From Podarcis gaigeae (taxonomy: Eukaryota), in assembly GCA_964106915.2 (NCBI GenBank), contig OZ066924.1: a stretch of DNA of 64,000 bases; one strand, given 5' to 3'. Positions 10,615-24,965 of this stretch are shown one piece after another. The notes under the pieces were generated by a model, which worked only from the letters and a program-made list of their open reading frames with translations, made no database searches and was not told the DNA's origin. Each line of letters starts with the position of its first letter. The stretch's first letter is position 1. The position numbers and the translations under genes are program-made.

Positions 10615-13600
10615 GCCTTTCCAACTTTAGCTGTAAGTTAAGCAAAGCTAGATTGCTCCCTGGCAAGCTGTCTAACTTCATTATTTATCTAATTTTCACC
10701 CGGCTTTAGTTTTGTGTGGAGGAGGAAGGGAAATCTATAGAAGATAGTGTTTCATTATTTGAAAATAGTTATATTTTGGAGTAGCTCTATAGACTTGACT
10801 CAGGAGATCATGTGAGAATAGTGTTACTTTAATAATGCTGTTTGTCTGAATTGTAGAACTTGTTGTTTTCATATTTATGTAACTGGCCAAGCTTGTAGTG
10901 TCTCATCTTTAGAGTAACCAAGATAGGTCTTCTAGAATTAAATGCTTATGGTACGCACCTCATACCTGCTACTGTTTTAAAATGATTAAGCGGAAGAAGG
11001 GCATTCAGCCAATATTTCAGTGGTGGTCTATAGATTCCTAGCTCAAGACAAAATGCTTTTTAGTAGCATATATAAAATGAAACATGAAGGCCATTGTCTT
11101 AAATATATATCAGTACCTTACATTTGCATTACTAGAGGATATAAAAGTGTCCAGTTGGCCAATTACATTAGACAGATATGTGAAGCCTGGTTTTTTCCCC
11201 CTTTCCCAGTGGCACTTAGCAGTGGCATTGTCGTTATAGAGTATACATATTTATATGTAATATAATAATGCTAAACCCTAAGGCATAATAGAGGCAGGGC
11301 ATAGGAATATAATCACCTGTGAACCAAGACCTATTTTTTACAGAGTAATTTCAGGATGCTACTTCAGTCCTAAATAAGGTTCAAGGAATCTTTTATCATA
11401 ATGTGTTACTTATGTTTTAAGGAAGTTATAGTCAATAAAATGAGCATCTTTTGAAGCATTTATATGTCCCCCCTATGCTTCAGTGCACATTGTATCTATT
11501 CTTAATATTATACAAGATTACTCAGTGCCACTGGAAGCACTGGAATATATTTCACTAGCTAAAATCCTCAAGATTTGGAAAGCATTGCCTGCAATCTAGC
11601 AAAACATACGTATATGAATTGTTATTGTATGTTATGATATTAGTTTCAGGGGGCAGTTCTATGATTTGATCCTGCACATCTTTCTATGAGTTAGATTTCA
11701 CAAAACTGCTTGGGTGACAATAGACAACTCATAGGAATGAGTAAAATGAAGCTGATAAACAGAAAGAAATCTCTTTTTGACAGGTTCCAAATATGACATA
11801 AATGATTAGATAGCCATTTTATCCTTGCTGATAACTGCATATAGTTGGAATATATGAGTTTCGCTTTTCTCTAAAGTGTGCTAAATTATAAACACTGCAC
11901 CTATAGTGAGGTTGTCTCAGAAATGTGTACCTGGGGTTGCATTACAAATATCACTGTACAGAATGCAGTTAAAGTTACTTGTTTGGGTTGCCTGTTCTGG
12001 AATCCTTAATGTGTGTAATAATGACAATGTTGTACCCTCATGGTAAGGATGTTTACTTGGAAAAGAAGTTGTAGGCAAATAACTCGCTTGTTGATAAATT
12101 CTTATGATAATAGGGCAGATGGCTGACATTTCATAAACCATCATGTAAGCAGGTACCTGTCTTAATATACCTAAACTATATACATTTATATACCTAAAGC
12201 ATATATTCAAAGATGTAAAAATATTTTTGTCTTGTGATTTAAAAATATTAAGTTACTCTTAGGAGTTACCAGTTCTGAACTGAAAACTAATTAAGTTCTA
12301 TATTTTCCATTTATTACGTGGATAAAAATGGGTAACACCACCCTCCAAAACGCATTTACTAAGTTGTAAGTTCTGTTGAAATCTATGGAACTTGCTTCTA
12401 AAGGAAAGTTATTTGCCAGTGTTGTTGTATTTAATAGAATTTGTTCACAATTATTTTGCTTTTAAAATGTCTTATTCATAAGAAGTAAATTTTTCAGAAG
12501 TTTGACACACTAATCAAGGGCATACTATCTGTACAAGACAAGCAGCCTTTTAAATGTTTTCAGCAAGTCATGATTTCATGTCAGATGCCAGAGAGAATGA
12601 TCACTTTAATAACTTTCAGACTTTAACCTGTTGGACATAGACCAACTTCTTAGCTATGTAGCCTAACCAAAATTAGAATAACATGGATCTGAGTGGTTTT
12701 AAACTCTCTGATTATTTCTATATGAGGTTCACAAAGTTCTATTCATGGAAATAAAAATAGTATCTTCATCATTTCTACACATCATGTTGTATTTTGTGTA
12801 ATGTGGGTTCTTTCCCCATGTTAAATTCAAGTTTTATGTAAATGTACGTTCCTGGCTACCTGGCAAGTTAAATGTTATAAATGAAATTCAGAAAAAGTAT
12901 ACATCTTGCTAAAAAGTTTGTTAACTAACTGAAGTGTAGCAAGTTGTGGTTTTAAATGACTGATAGCATAGGTCTGCAGCATTTATATTTGTAAAGTACA
13001 ACGTATATACTTTAGAACTAGTTGACGCAGACTGCAGAAGTTGCAAGTGAAATCTGCAGATATTCAGGCACATCCCCTTGCTTTTTGAATATAGTAATTG
13101 GTTTGCTGCTCTGAACAGATTTAAGTTAATCTCCTGAGAGCTGACGGTCAATATGTTACATGCGGACAGGTGATTAAATCCCAGTATCTTCAGTTCTGTA
13201 CCTTAATCTCAACTGTCGCATTGACTGCAGTGCAGTAGAGCTTGGCTGTTCGCTGGGATTTGTCATCTTTAGGAAATCAGAGCAGCTTATAGAGACAATT
13301 CACAAAACCAACAGTGACAACAAAGTCTTATGTGCCTTACAAAAGGAGGATTAGGCAGTTCAGATGTCAACTTGATTGGACAGAGATAAAAGCTGATTGC
13401 TGCTGCGTGGCAAGGCACACTTCATTTTCAATTGGTTATTTATTACATAAGGGCTACTATAGCATGATTGCTTAGTCATTGTTAAGTGCAATTGGAAGCA
13501 TGGGGAAATCATTTTTTTAAAAAAATGGAGGGGGGATTGCAATGTGATCATTCAAAAATTGCAGCTTAATGGTATTCTAATGCTTTGAGAGCTCAGTGGC

Positions 13601-16600
13601 TGTGCAATTACGATAGAACCTTAAAGTTTTATGTAAATGCACTACCTGGTTATATGAACCTTCTTCCCAAGTAATCGTTCAGAAAGTCAGAGACTACACC
13701 TATTTCTTACTGTACCTCTATAGCAAAATGCAACGTAAAGGCACAGTGAATCCTCTAACAAGTTTATTTTGGAGGATTTCTGTTGGAATCATGGAGATTG
13801 CTATTGAATAATTTCAGGATGGCAGCTATTTTCCTCAGTTTATAAGTTATTTATTTTTTATGTGTGCAAGGCTTTTAAACTCTTTTCTTCCCGGAAGCTT
13901 TCGGATATCTTTTAGAATGGAATACTCAGTTGTGTTTTTTTGTATTTGGATCTCTGGAGGGTTAACTAATATTTTTTGAATTTAACTTTGGAAGCACTGA
14001 ACATTCTAGCTGACTAATTGTCTAGTTTCTCCCCTTTTATTAAAACCTGATAAAACCCAATGGATACCTCTTGGTGTCTTATGCGGTGTGACCCCAATGA
14101 GTCAGCCATAAATGTAAACATACCATTCCATTGCCTTTGGCAGAGGTAAAGGTGATCTCTAAAATTAATACTGATATGCTTAATTTTTTTTTAGTGGTGG
14201 TTTGTATTTTTAGAATTTAAAATAAAACACTCATTTAGCTATAGATTTCCCCCTATTTGTCATATAGGAAATTTCATTTCCTATGTGTTTCTCTCTTGCC
14301 CTCATTCTCCCCGCCCCCACCTTTTCATTTCACATGACCTTATTTGTAGGATTCATTGCTTGGTTAAGGTGAAGTACATGTTAATAAGCTGATTTGGACT
14401 GTGATCCTAAGCACACTTACTTGGAAGTAAGTTCTACTGAAATCAGTGGGGCTTAAAATAAATGCTTATAGAGATGAAGAGCCAGTCACTAGAGAGAAGG
14501 GACTCACCCAAAGCTATGTCCCTAAGCATGTTTACTTGGAAATAAAGCTCTTCTAAAACTAGTGGGATTTGTTTTTAAATGATGTGTTAGGACTAGGGTG
14601 CCAGTCAACTTAAATCAAAGCACTCTGGTTTAGCTAGATTGTGGACTGGAGTGTGTAAGCATTGAAAACGAACAGTGGCAAGATTGCCGTCTTACTTTGA
14701 GCCTGAAAAAATATATAAACAGTGTAATAGAGCGTTTAACCTACCCTGAGTGTTTCATAGCACTATAAAGTAGAAGTTTAAGTGGCAAGAAACTGTTTTA
14801 AGGCATGTTGTTATACTTCATGAAGCATTATTAATAATAAAGTTTAATAATAGAATGTGTAGATGCTGCTGGGAATTAAATGTATTCTTTCAACTTACTC
14901 TCAAGTGTCAAGAATAGAGTGGAAGCTCACAACTGCTCTGATTTATGTTTGTGTTACATGTTTTTATAAAATCTGGATATGTCTGTGTTTGTAAGCAGCA
15001 TTTTCAGCGTACAGATTATGATTTCAATCTGTAAATATCTCTGGTAGTGATTATTTTCAGTGGGGGCTGAGCCACCAAACAAAAATCTCTTAGTTTTCCC
15101 ATGTTTGTGTGGTTGCAATGGATTCTGAATAACTTAATGAAGTGAATATCATCTAGCAGTAGAGGGGTGTATTAGGAAGGGAGAAACTTACTTATCAGAA
15201 TTTAGCAACTTTTTCTTATTGTTATAACAAAAAGTTGTGAGATGGTCTTTTATGGGTCACCAGCTGTGTTTTTGTTGTGTGTGTGTATGTAATCGTGAAA
15301 GTCTGTTTAGGTGGCATTAAACCATTTTTCACAAATCTCAACTTTTGGAGAAAGTATTGGGTTATGAACATCCTCAGCAATGAACTGTATTTTCTTTCTG
15401 ACAGAAGACCAAGATGTCATAAGGTGCCATAAATGTGGTTTATGGCCTAGACTGCAAATATAGAGGTGATAAGACACTTAGCCTCATTCTGTCTAGAATT
15501 TACACAATATACTAAAAGCATCTGAAAGAAACTGGTTCCCACCCTCCCACTACAACCCACAGCTGAAGATGTGTGTTAATATACACTCAATTTCATATAA
15601 CGATTAATTAAAACAATTTTCTGGGTGTGTAGTTCTTGCTGACATGCTGAAATTTGTTATTATTATTTTTTATCAAGTGTGGCAAATCTTTAGGCTAAAA
15701 TGCTGCCACACAATTAGCTGTATTTCAAATGTCTGTGCAGTAAAAGAAGAACAATTCTGGAATCTGCCACTTATTCATGTCATTTGTGATGGGACTATGG
15801 CTCATTTGTCACCTTACAGATTATTGCTATCAAGTTAAGTGGTTTTAACAAAGGCATCTAATGAATTAGGCTCTTGATGAGAGCTCTTGGGCTACTATTT
15901 ATCAGTTGCTCAGGTGCCACAGGATACTTTGGCTGCAATCCTGCACATAGGCTGTTTAAATTTCTCTGGAGCCAGTGGAATTTAAATAGATTGATTGTGC
16001 ACAGGATTGCACCTGGAAATGTCTTTTCTTCAGGGGAGGGGTATACTGCAAGCTGTACTGAATGTATAAGAATGCATGAAATGTAACATCCCGGTAGACA
16101 ACAGATTAGTAAGTGTACGTGCATGTTCACATGAGTGTGTACTCCAAGTTACTCCAGAAAGGTGCTATAGAACTGAGTAGGGGTTTTTTTTTTGGGGGGG
16201 GGGTGTTACACTCTTTTTGGCTCACCTGTCCCTCCAGCAGGAAATGGCATAGCATATGATAAACTGTGTTGAAGCATTCCCTAGTAAGGCAGTTGTGGCA
16301 ATTCCCAAATGGTTAGTTAAATATGTACATGCTGGAAATGTCAAAATACATGAGAGGTTTTCACCCTTTAGCCAGGAAAGCAAACAAGCAAAACAGATTG
16401 CAAACTTTCCCATGAAAAGACATGCTTTTCTTTTTCCTGGAAAACAGAAGGCAACTTTTAATGCTTGCGTACATTGCATTAAAGAAGGACCTGGATTTTA
16501 TTGGGCAATCCTGTTAAGCAAGTGTGCCTAGAAGATCTTGTAAACTATTGTGGCAAGGAGTGGGGTGGGTGGGAGTCCTTAAAGACAAATGTATAATTTC

Positions 16601-16875
16601 TTTCTAAACGAGATCATAGTAGCGGCTCTGCAACTAAGAGTAAAGTAAGTGGATTGGAAGCAGTAAATGCACTGCTGCTGCAGTTAAGAGATTTAGTTAT
16701 TTCTACCATGATCCATCTCTTACATCCATAAGTCTTGACCCTCTCCTCCAGTTCCTACAGGTTCCCCCTGTCCATAAAGCTATCATAGCAATTCAGGACA
16801 TCAGTGCTGAATGAATGAGAACATCTTGATATGCCAGAATGATTTAAGCCATTGCCCATGTTCTGTCACATCACT

Positions 16876-17523
16876 GTCAAGGAAGGATTTCAAGGATGGG
16901 AGTAAAGAACAGGAAATGGAAGGGACTGCATAGGCCACAGGCTGGACGCCACTGTATCACAGTGTCACAACAGAGTCAGCTGTCAGAGGAGGCTGGGAAC
17001 TAGGAGCTGAGCCAAGGAGTTAGCTCAGAAAGACCATAGTGGGAATCGGAGCTGAAGAATGCACAGGAATATACCAGAGCAAGGAAGACCTTGTTCAGGA
17101 AGTCAAAACAGGAAGCCTTAATAGTCTTTCATGTCCCGGAGGACCCAACGGCCAACATGGATCTAAGGAACAAGTCTGGGACCTGAGAACACCGTTGCCA
17201 AGAAGGTTGGGTAGCAGACCACACAGGGCAGCCATGCAGAAATGAAGGTTCCCAGTGCTATTCCTGGCAGGTCCTGACAAACAGCAAGGAATAATTGCCT
17301 AATGAAAAAGAGCTAAAGAGTTTTCTTGTAGGCAACAGAGCCATGTGTGGTGCTGCCTTGGTACTCTGGTGACATTCTGGGTATGTCAGACTTACACCCT
17401 CCGCTGATGTTGGCAAGTTCTGTCTATAGCAATTCCCGGATTATATCTGATAAATTAAGACCACTGTAGAGCTCTGAGCTCTGGAACTTGTTCTAAAAAA
17501 TTCTTTGTGGTGGAGATGTTACA
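16876..17523. mobile_element. Possible degenerate solo LTR
   Basis: TGTCAAGG...GTTACA boundaries around a purine-rich block that differs in composition from its flanks. No TSD found. Confidence 0.3.
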
Positions 17524-20488
17524 AAAGAATTGACGCTACCTTTAGAATAAACAGTTGTTTTGGCAGACCCAGCTTTGTGGGCATGCCAGAATATAAAGAG
17601 TAAACTATATGTTACATGCTCACTCACTTTGCTATGCCCCAATGCTTATTTTGACAACAACAACAACAAATTACTTTCGGAGGGGAAAATTTACAGCAAG
17701 CAAAACAATGAAGTTCAAGTGTGATTAAACTAATACTTGAAGCAAACCTTTTAGAGAAAATGACACTTGGACAGTGATTTGAAATGGAGAAAAATGTGAT
17801 CAGGGAATGAGTTAAATGTGTGCTCCCTCCTCTGCAGTTTAAAAAGATAACAAAAATAAAAGATACTTATATGTGAAATGTTGCTTTATTTCTCAGTGGG
17901 GCAGAGAGGGGCTAATATTACCAGTGTTTAATGTTGGTTGCTGACAGCATTCAGTTGACCCTATTATTTGCAATATGATTGAAGTCAATGCTAAATTTAT
18001 ATGCTGGCCTAGGAATCTATCTAATATATGTTTTAATTTTTTATCTTTTAGTACTTTAAGCCAGAGATGTAGAGTGAGATAAACTCAGTTAAAGACAGTG
18101 GCTGAGTTTGTAAACGTAGCAGGATGAGTGCCGCTTGCGGTATGCAACTATTGCCTGGGTTAAACTGCAGTATTTGCTTTTAAATGGTCAATCAATACCT
18201 GTTTAAAGAGGAAAGACTTTGTACAAAGGGCTGAGAGGACTAAATGCTTAGAGACAACTTCTATAGAAGCAAAGTTAGCAGATCAAACAATCCTCAGGAA
18301 ATGATGCCTTTTAACAGTGAAATAATGTAGCTATTGTGAATGTTTTCTTAATTTTAATTGTCTGAAAATATAAACTATCAATGCAGTTAAAGACAATGCA
18401 ACTGCAATAACTGCTTCAGTTTTGATGAAAAGCAGATTTTTGTTCCGGATAGTGAAATGGACAAAGTTGTTCCTGCACAATTGGTGACAGAAAGAGAACT
18501 TCCTGATTTAAAAAGGAAGCCCAATGTGGTCTAAACAGTCACATCAGAGTGAGGATTTGGGTGGTCCTGTTTCTCCTTTGGTTTTGCTACCCTAAACCAC
18601 ATTTTAGAAGGCCAAGTCTTCATGTCCATGTTAACACTGTGGACTCCCAGAATGACAACGTTTTTGCTTCTGGTGGTGGAGAACCTCCGGAGCCAAACAG
18701 TGGGTTTAATTCTGAAGCCCTAAGCACAATTTACTATGAAGTAAGTCCCATTGAACTTGTGGTTGTTACTTCGGGCTAAAACATGCTTGGAATCCCACTG
18801 TGGATATGTTACTTTGTTTGGCTAGATAATGCCAAGAAGATCGGGATGATGATTTCCAAAATAAATTCTTCATCTCTTTGATTTTATTGCTCCAATTCCA
18901 TATTCCTTTCTCATTACCTATTGTAGAGAGAAATTTGCAGGTGGGTTGTAGCTAATAAAATATTTTTTCAACAAAATACTGTCCTTTTATAAAGGAGACA
19001 CACGTGCATTTGGTTTTAAGGGGTTAGACAAGCTAGACCAGTGAGGAGGGAGAGGCAGATGAATCTGGTTTAGCAGTTTCCCTTAACCGTTTCAGGTGTT
19101 TTTTCCTCAAAAATTCCTTCAAAAGTCATGGGCAGATTAAATTTAATCAATAAATAAACAGGATACTGTTATCACTAATATTTTTTTTAAGTGTTTGATT
19201 GAAAGGTATTTTGTAGCAGTTTTTGGTCACATTGTACATACTTGTCTGGAAAAAAAGAACTGACACACATTACTTGCACTGATTTTGCTGTCCACAGCAA
19301 AAGAAGTTGTCAAGCCCAGTTTACAGTGTTCAAAATGCGAACTGGAATGTTCATAGGCGCCTTAGACATCCTGTACATCACACAGCTTAAAATGCAGACT
19401 AGAATATGCATCCTTGCCACTACCATAGCATGTAGCTATTGAACTTAACCAAAAATACATTTATATATAAATTCACATCACAGTAATATGATCGTTAATG
19501 TTAATGAGGTACGGTAACCTGATAGACTCATTAACTACCAAAGAGAATGAAACAGTATTTCATTAAAACTGCTTAAAGTGTAAACATTTTGTTTAAAAAG
19601 AATTTTGTAACCTAGTGATATCAGATCATGGATACCGTGATTAAATTTAAAAGCATGGCAGTGCCGACAGTGGAAGATAATTTAATATTGTATTTTAAAG
19701 GGAAAGCACTAATTAGTTGCTGGAAACCCGACATTTTAAAAGAAGTGATTCAATGTGCAACTACTAAAGTACTTTTAACATATATGTGGAATTGATGCCA
19801 TGAGGCCATCAACTTAGTGGGATCAGTCCAGCAGGAAAAATTTTCTTAGCAATTGTTCCCAATGAACAATTACTTTATTTGTCCATTACTTCTCAACAAC
19901 AGAAATTTAAAGTATTTTGAAGCAAATTTTCTATTTTGATTCTGTCTTTTGAGTTTTGTTGAATGCAAGAAACCTTTGCCAAACTTCTTTAAACTGTACC
20001 TCTCATTATTTTGAATGGCTGACCTGTATGCTTTATGGGCTGCAGACTTTGCATAGCTTTTTTGTTTCAGAAGAGTCCCATGCCACCCTAAAGTGGTCTG
20101 CTACAAAACTTATTGCTGCGTGAAGTTGGGGGGCTTTTTAGTTAGCCTTCAGCACTGAAAAATAAATTTGCTCTCTGATTGCAAGCTAAGATATGTATAT
20201 AATGTCTCACCTACTATATTTAAATGGTGACTTTGCAATGGTAAATTATGATGGAGGGTTTGCTGACTTTGACCGCAGGAGTTATGTTTTCCTGTGTTTT
20301 TGTAATTACCTTTAATAGATATTCAAAATATATGTGAAATGTGTCACAAGAGGCTATTGAATGAGAATGACAGAAGATCATTTTTCTTGAGTTATTGGTG
20401 CAAAAATGAGAGTCTGGGGATAGAATGGGACAGTCAAATGGCACAATATGAGGTGGGGAGGATTGTGGTACCACTATAATAATGCTGA

Positions 20489-20847
20489 AGGGACACAGGT
20501 GGCACTGTGGGTTAAACCACAAAGCCTAGGACTTACCGATCAGAAGGTTGGTGGTTTGAATCCCTGCAACGGGGTGAGCTCCTGTTGCTCGGTCCCTGCT
20601 TCTGCCAACCTAGCAGTTTGAAACCACGTCAAAGTCAAGTAGATAAATAGGTACCGCTCCGGTGGGAAGGTAAACGGCATTTCCGTGTGCTGCTCTGGTT
20701 TGCCAGAAGCGGCTTAGTCATGCTGGCCACATGACCCGGAAGCTGTACACCGGCTCCCTCGGCCAATAAAGTGAGATGAGCGCCGCAACCCCAGAGTCAG
20801 CCATGACTGGACCTAATGGTCAGGGGTCCCTTTACCTTTACCTTTAC
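20489..20847 (+). mobile_element. Full-length Sauria SINE (lacertid POM/Squam1 type)
   Basis: tRNA-like head GGGACACAGGTGGCACTGTGGGTTAAACC, core GTAGATAAATAGGTACC, (ACCTTT)n tail, and a perfect 15-bp TSD CTATAATAATGCTGA (20474-20488 and 20848-20862). Confidence 0.93.
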
Positions 20848-23800
20848 CTATAATAATGCTGACTCAAACTAGCCAGTAGTTGCATTTTGAAGTAATGCCA
20901 TGATCAAAATAGCTTATCAGCTGCCCCTCCCCTTCTCAGCTGTGAGGAGGACAACTTGTGCAATTATGTGATTATACAAGCTCAGAACCCACCCACCCCA
21001 ACTCACTAACATCCACACCAGAAACCCCATTAATACGGGCCTCTTGCAGTGGAAATACCTCTATTTGTGCTTTTCCGCAGTATGGAGGTTTAGGTCACTA
21101 TCAAAATATGCTGGTCTCTGCATTGCTTTGACTCTTAATGAAAATAATCCAACAGAACGATTGTGTAGTGAGATCTACCGAAGGAATCAACAGAATGATT
21201 TTCCATTTAGGAGGGAGCTAACAAGCATAAGGCCTTCACAGGCTCATTAATGCAACCCATAGCACTCCTAACTAAGATAATCTATACAAAGCAGCCCAGT
21301 GGGTGCTAGTGTGTACCTCTGCTTCAGCCTCACCCAGATTGAATCTAATTGGAACACAGCCATAGAAAAAGGAGTGTGTGCTTTACTAATGTCAGAATTT
21401 GCAATGAATAGTGAAGGATGTAGAAGGCTGACAGTGGCATGGGCGCTTATGTTGGCAGGATTGGTGAGGGACACAGGTCTTTGTGTTTGTGAGGATTTGC
21501 AAGGGAATGTGCTAACCTTGAGAAAGAGCTGAGAAGGTGAGGAATGGGAAGCTTTGGTGTTGCTTACACCAAGATGAGGGAGAACTGGTGGCCTGAGTTT
21601 GCAATAGTTGTAGCAATGAATGGGTTTTGGGCAGGCAAGATATGGAAGGTGTGAAACTTTGGAACTTGGTTTTAATGGACGTTCTTAAGAGTCATCCCTG
21701 GTCCTACTGCTGTGAAAAAAAATTGTAGCTGAGATATCTGGGCATATTCTGTGTGAGGCTTTAAACCCTGCAACCCATTTCAGATTGCCACCTGTAATTT
21801 AGGGAAATCACTGTAATAGAATAGCTAGTCTACTGCAGTACCATAATACTTGGGGAAAGGGCTGTAACTCCATGTTAGATCAACTGCTCTGTATGCGGAA
21901 GGTCCCAGCTTCCTTGCCTGAAAGTTGAAAGAGCTGCTGGCAGTCAGTGTCAATCAACAAAGTTATATTCAGAGTACATCCATGGAAATTAACAAACATT
22001 CCTAAGTTAGCTCTATTAATTTCAATGGGTCTACTCTGAATAAAACTTAGTTGAAAACCGCCTAATATAAGGTTGCTTTTTCATGTTCCTATGTACACAT
22101 ACAGTGGTGAGCAGCTCAGGCAGTGGGGAGTAAATGGTAGTGAATGTCCCGTTTCTGGAACTCTTAATATTTACTGTGCTGACTGAATGGCTGTGAATCT
22201 GCATTTGATTTTATTATGCTGCCTGAAAGAAGAATACCAACAAACTGGGCTAGAACATCCAAGCACATGTTTATTCCCACCAGGCATTTATCTAAAAGTA
22301 ATTTCAACTTGAAAACAGTTGGTTTGCAACTGAAAATTGTTATTTTTAATTTTTATTTTAAGGCGGTACAATATTTACACATATAGATGCATCTGATAAA
22401 AACAACAACTTGTAGCATGAAGATGAGCTGAAGGCCAGATTTATCACTGGTCTACTTTTGTCTTAAGTGAAGATTGGCAATACAATACTACGCATTTTTA
22501 TGTGGAGGCTTGTCTCACTGCCTTCACTGGGGCTCACATGGGATGGCAGCCTGCGTCGTACTGCTAAACCTCTGAAACATACAGCATTCCCGTCAGAGTG
22601 CAACAAGGAATTCACTGAAATGCAACATTGTGCTTACTAATTCTTATTTTCTCTGCTACTGTTCCTTTGTGGACTCTAGCTCAGAGCTGCGAGTGTATCT
22701 GTTTGTGGCTCCCAGTGGCCAGGCATTCCAAGCAGATGTAAGAAGTTAGCAAATCCTCATCCTGCTGCTGCTTTCGTTATCTATCTGTCACTCTCTCGAA
22801 TTCTGAAGCCGGAGCATAAGGAAATGCAGTGACGGTGAGATAAAGCAGGGCTTTTTGCTGGCTGCAAAACCAGAAGTGTCTATAACTTTATCTCTTAGAG
22901 TAGTTAGGTATAGAATGTCATGAGATGCAGGAATTTGGGAGTATCAGATACTGTAAATGTAGGATGCAGCATGACATGTTGCAAGTCTCTCTCTTTCCCC
23001 CCTGTTTGTTTATTTGTGTGTGCATATGCAAAACAATACACAAATGAAGATGTTAAGAATTAAACTGGATGTGGAAAATACAGATCATAGCAGCAGACAA
23101 AGAAGAGGAATCTTTTGTACTTGTGTAAAAAAAACCCAGGTGGTTTCCAGAGAAGGTTTTGGCCAGGATGCACTATGCTAATTTTTCTCAGATGGATATT
23201 TCGTCATGTGCCTTAAGCAATGTGCTAGAGTTGTGCATTGGTGGGAGGATTCGGGAATGATTTCATTACAGAATGGGAGAGGGGGAGTACCTCCTTTTTG
23301 TCTACTGATTTCAATTATATTGGAACAATAAACACGATTAGAGTAGCAGCAGAGTAAATTTGTAGCATCATGAAAGTGCCCTACATTTCAGCAAGTGCTC
23401 TGGAATCCCACTTCTGTCCATGAGCAGAATACTTATTTGGTGTAGGACTTTAGCTGTTGTAGTCTCTGGGCTGAATTTGTTCCTTAACTGTGAATGGAAG
23501 TTGAACTCTGCACTTCAAACCCTTGCAGAGCGTTTATCCTGCATGCAACATACTTCAACGTAGAACACGGCCCTTGGAGGTATAGGATAAGCTTCAAGTA
23601 AATTTCCATGAGTTGAAAGGCAGAAATATTAGCGCTGCTACTCACACATCCCAACAAGAAGGGGGGAAATCTGAAAAACAAACAAGCATGAATTATTAGG
23701 AATGACTGCCAGCTGACTGACCTGCCACTTGTGACATGGTTGTGGAATGCCTTGCATAGAGCAAAAGCAGGGGTGTTTAACCTCAGGCCCAAGGGCTGAG

Positions 23801-24250
23801 TGCAGCTCTCCAAATCTGGGCCCCAGATCTCTGCCCAGAGACCACACCCTTCCCTGGCCCCATGCCACACCCTCCCACAGTTCTTTTATGTGCCTGGAAT
23901 ATGTCTTTGAACTGGAATAATGCCTCATGCTTGCCTGGATGGAAAGATGTGCATGCAGAGATGGGGAGAGAGAAAGAGAGAGTTTACAAGGGTAGACTGT
24001 ACCCTACTTTTAGAAGATAAGAGACACATCCATTGTCCCACCAACCTCTGGCAATGTGGCCCCATAGTTAACCAGAGGGATAATCAGGCATAAGAGGGGA
24101 ACTTAGATGAATGCTCATGAGCTTCATGGGTAAAGCCCTGAATAACATGTCTGGTGACCACTGTTTTTTCTCCTTGGGTACATTTCAGCCAGTAGAACAT
24201 TAAAGAGGGGAGGGCGGTATTTAGTTTAGACCACTTCTAGTACTATAGCT

Positions 24251-24362
24251 CAGGGGTGGGAAACTGTGGGCTCTCTAGATGTTGATGAACCTCAGCTCCC
24301 AGCAGCACCAGCAAGCATGGCCAGTCTGGCAACATCTGGAGGGCTGAAGTTTCCCCATACCT
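24251..24362. mobile_element. Short palindromic hAT-like MITE (CAGATGTT...ACATCTGGAGG family)
   Basis: CAGGGGTGGGAAAC ... GTTTCCCCATACCT, with inverted CTCTAGATGTTG/CAACATCTGGAG. Confidence 0.7.
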
Positions 24363-24366
24363 ATTA

Positions 24367-24587
24367 CAGCGGTACCTTGGGTTACAGACACTTCAGGTTA
24401 CAGACTCCGCTAAACCAGAAATAGTACCTCGGGTTAAGAACTTTGCTTCAGGATGAGAACAGAAATCACATGGCGGTGGCACTGTGGCAGTGGGAGGCCC
24501 CATTAGCTAAAGTGGTACCTCAGGTTAAGAACAGTTTCAGTTTAAGAACGGACCTCCAGAACGAATTAAGTTCTTAAGGTACCACTG
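24367..24587. mobile_element. Tc1/pogo-type MITE (family A, copy 1)
   Basis: TA|CAGCGGTACCTT ... AAGGTACCACTG|TA with internal repeats of GGTTAAGAAC. Confidence 0.85.
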
Positions 24588-24628
24588 TATGGCAAAAGAT
24601 GTGTAAAAAGAGCCACAGTTTCAAATTT

Positions 24629-24632
24629 CACA

Positions 24633-24692
<60 letters not shown>
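24629..24692. repeat. Compound (CA)n(GA)n microsatellite
   Basis: Direct reading. Confidence 0.96.
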
Positions 24693-24695
<3 letters not shown>

Positions 24696-24918
24696 CTTAA
24701 CGTCTTACAAGGGAGTCGTAGCTCTCCTTTTAAAGCCCATGTACTCAGAATTATTCCCATCTGTCCTTCCTCTACTCCCATTCAGTAACCTTGTTGCAAG
24801 GTTATGATTAGTGAGAAATGGATCTTAATCACCAGTTGTAATGTTCCCCTTTTTGCTGCAGCTGCTCGAGAGAAGTGAAAAACGTTGCAAAACTTTGTCT
24901 TTGGTTTTATTTGCTACC

Positions 24919-24962
<44 letters not shown>

Positions 24963-24965
24963 AAA
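24919..24965. repeat. (GAAA)n microsatellite
   Basis: Direct reading. Confidence 0.96.
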
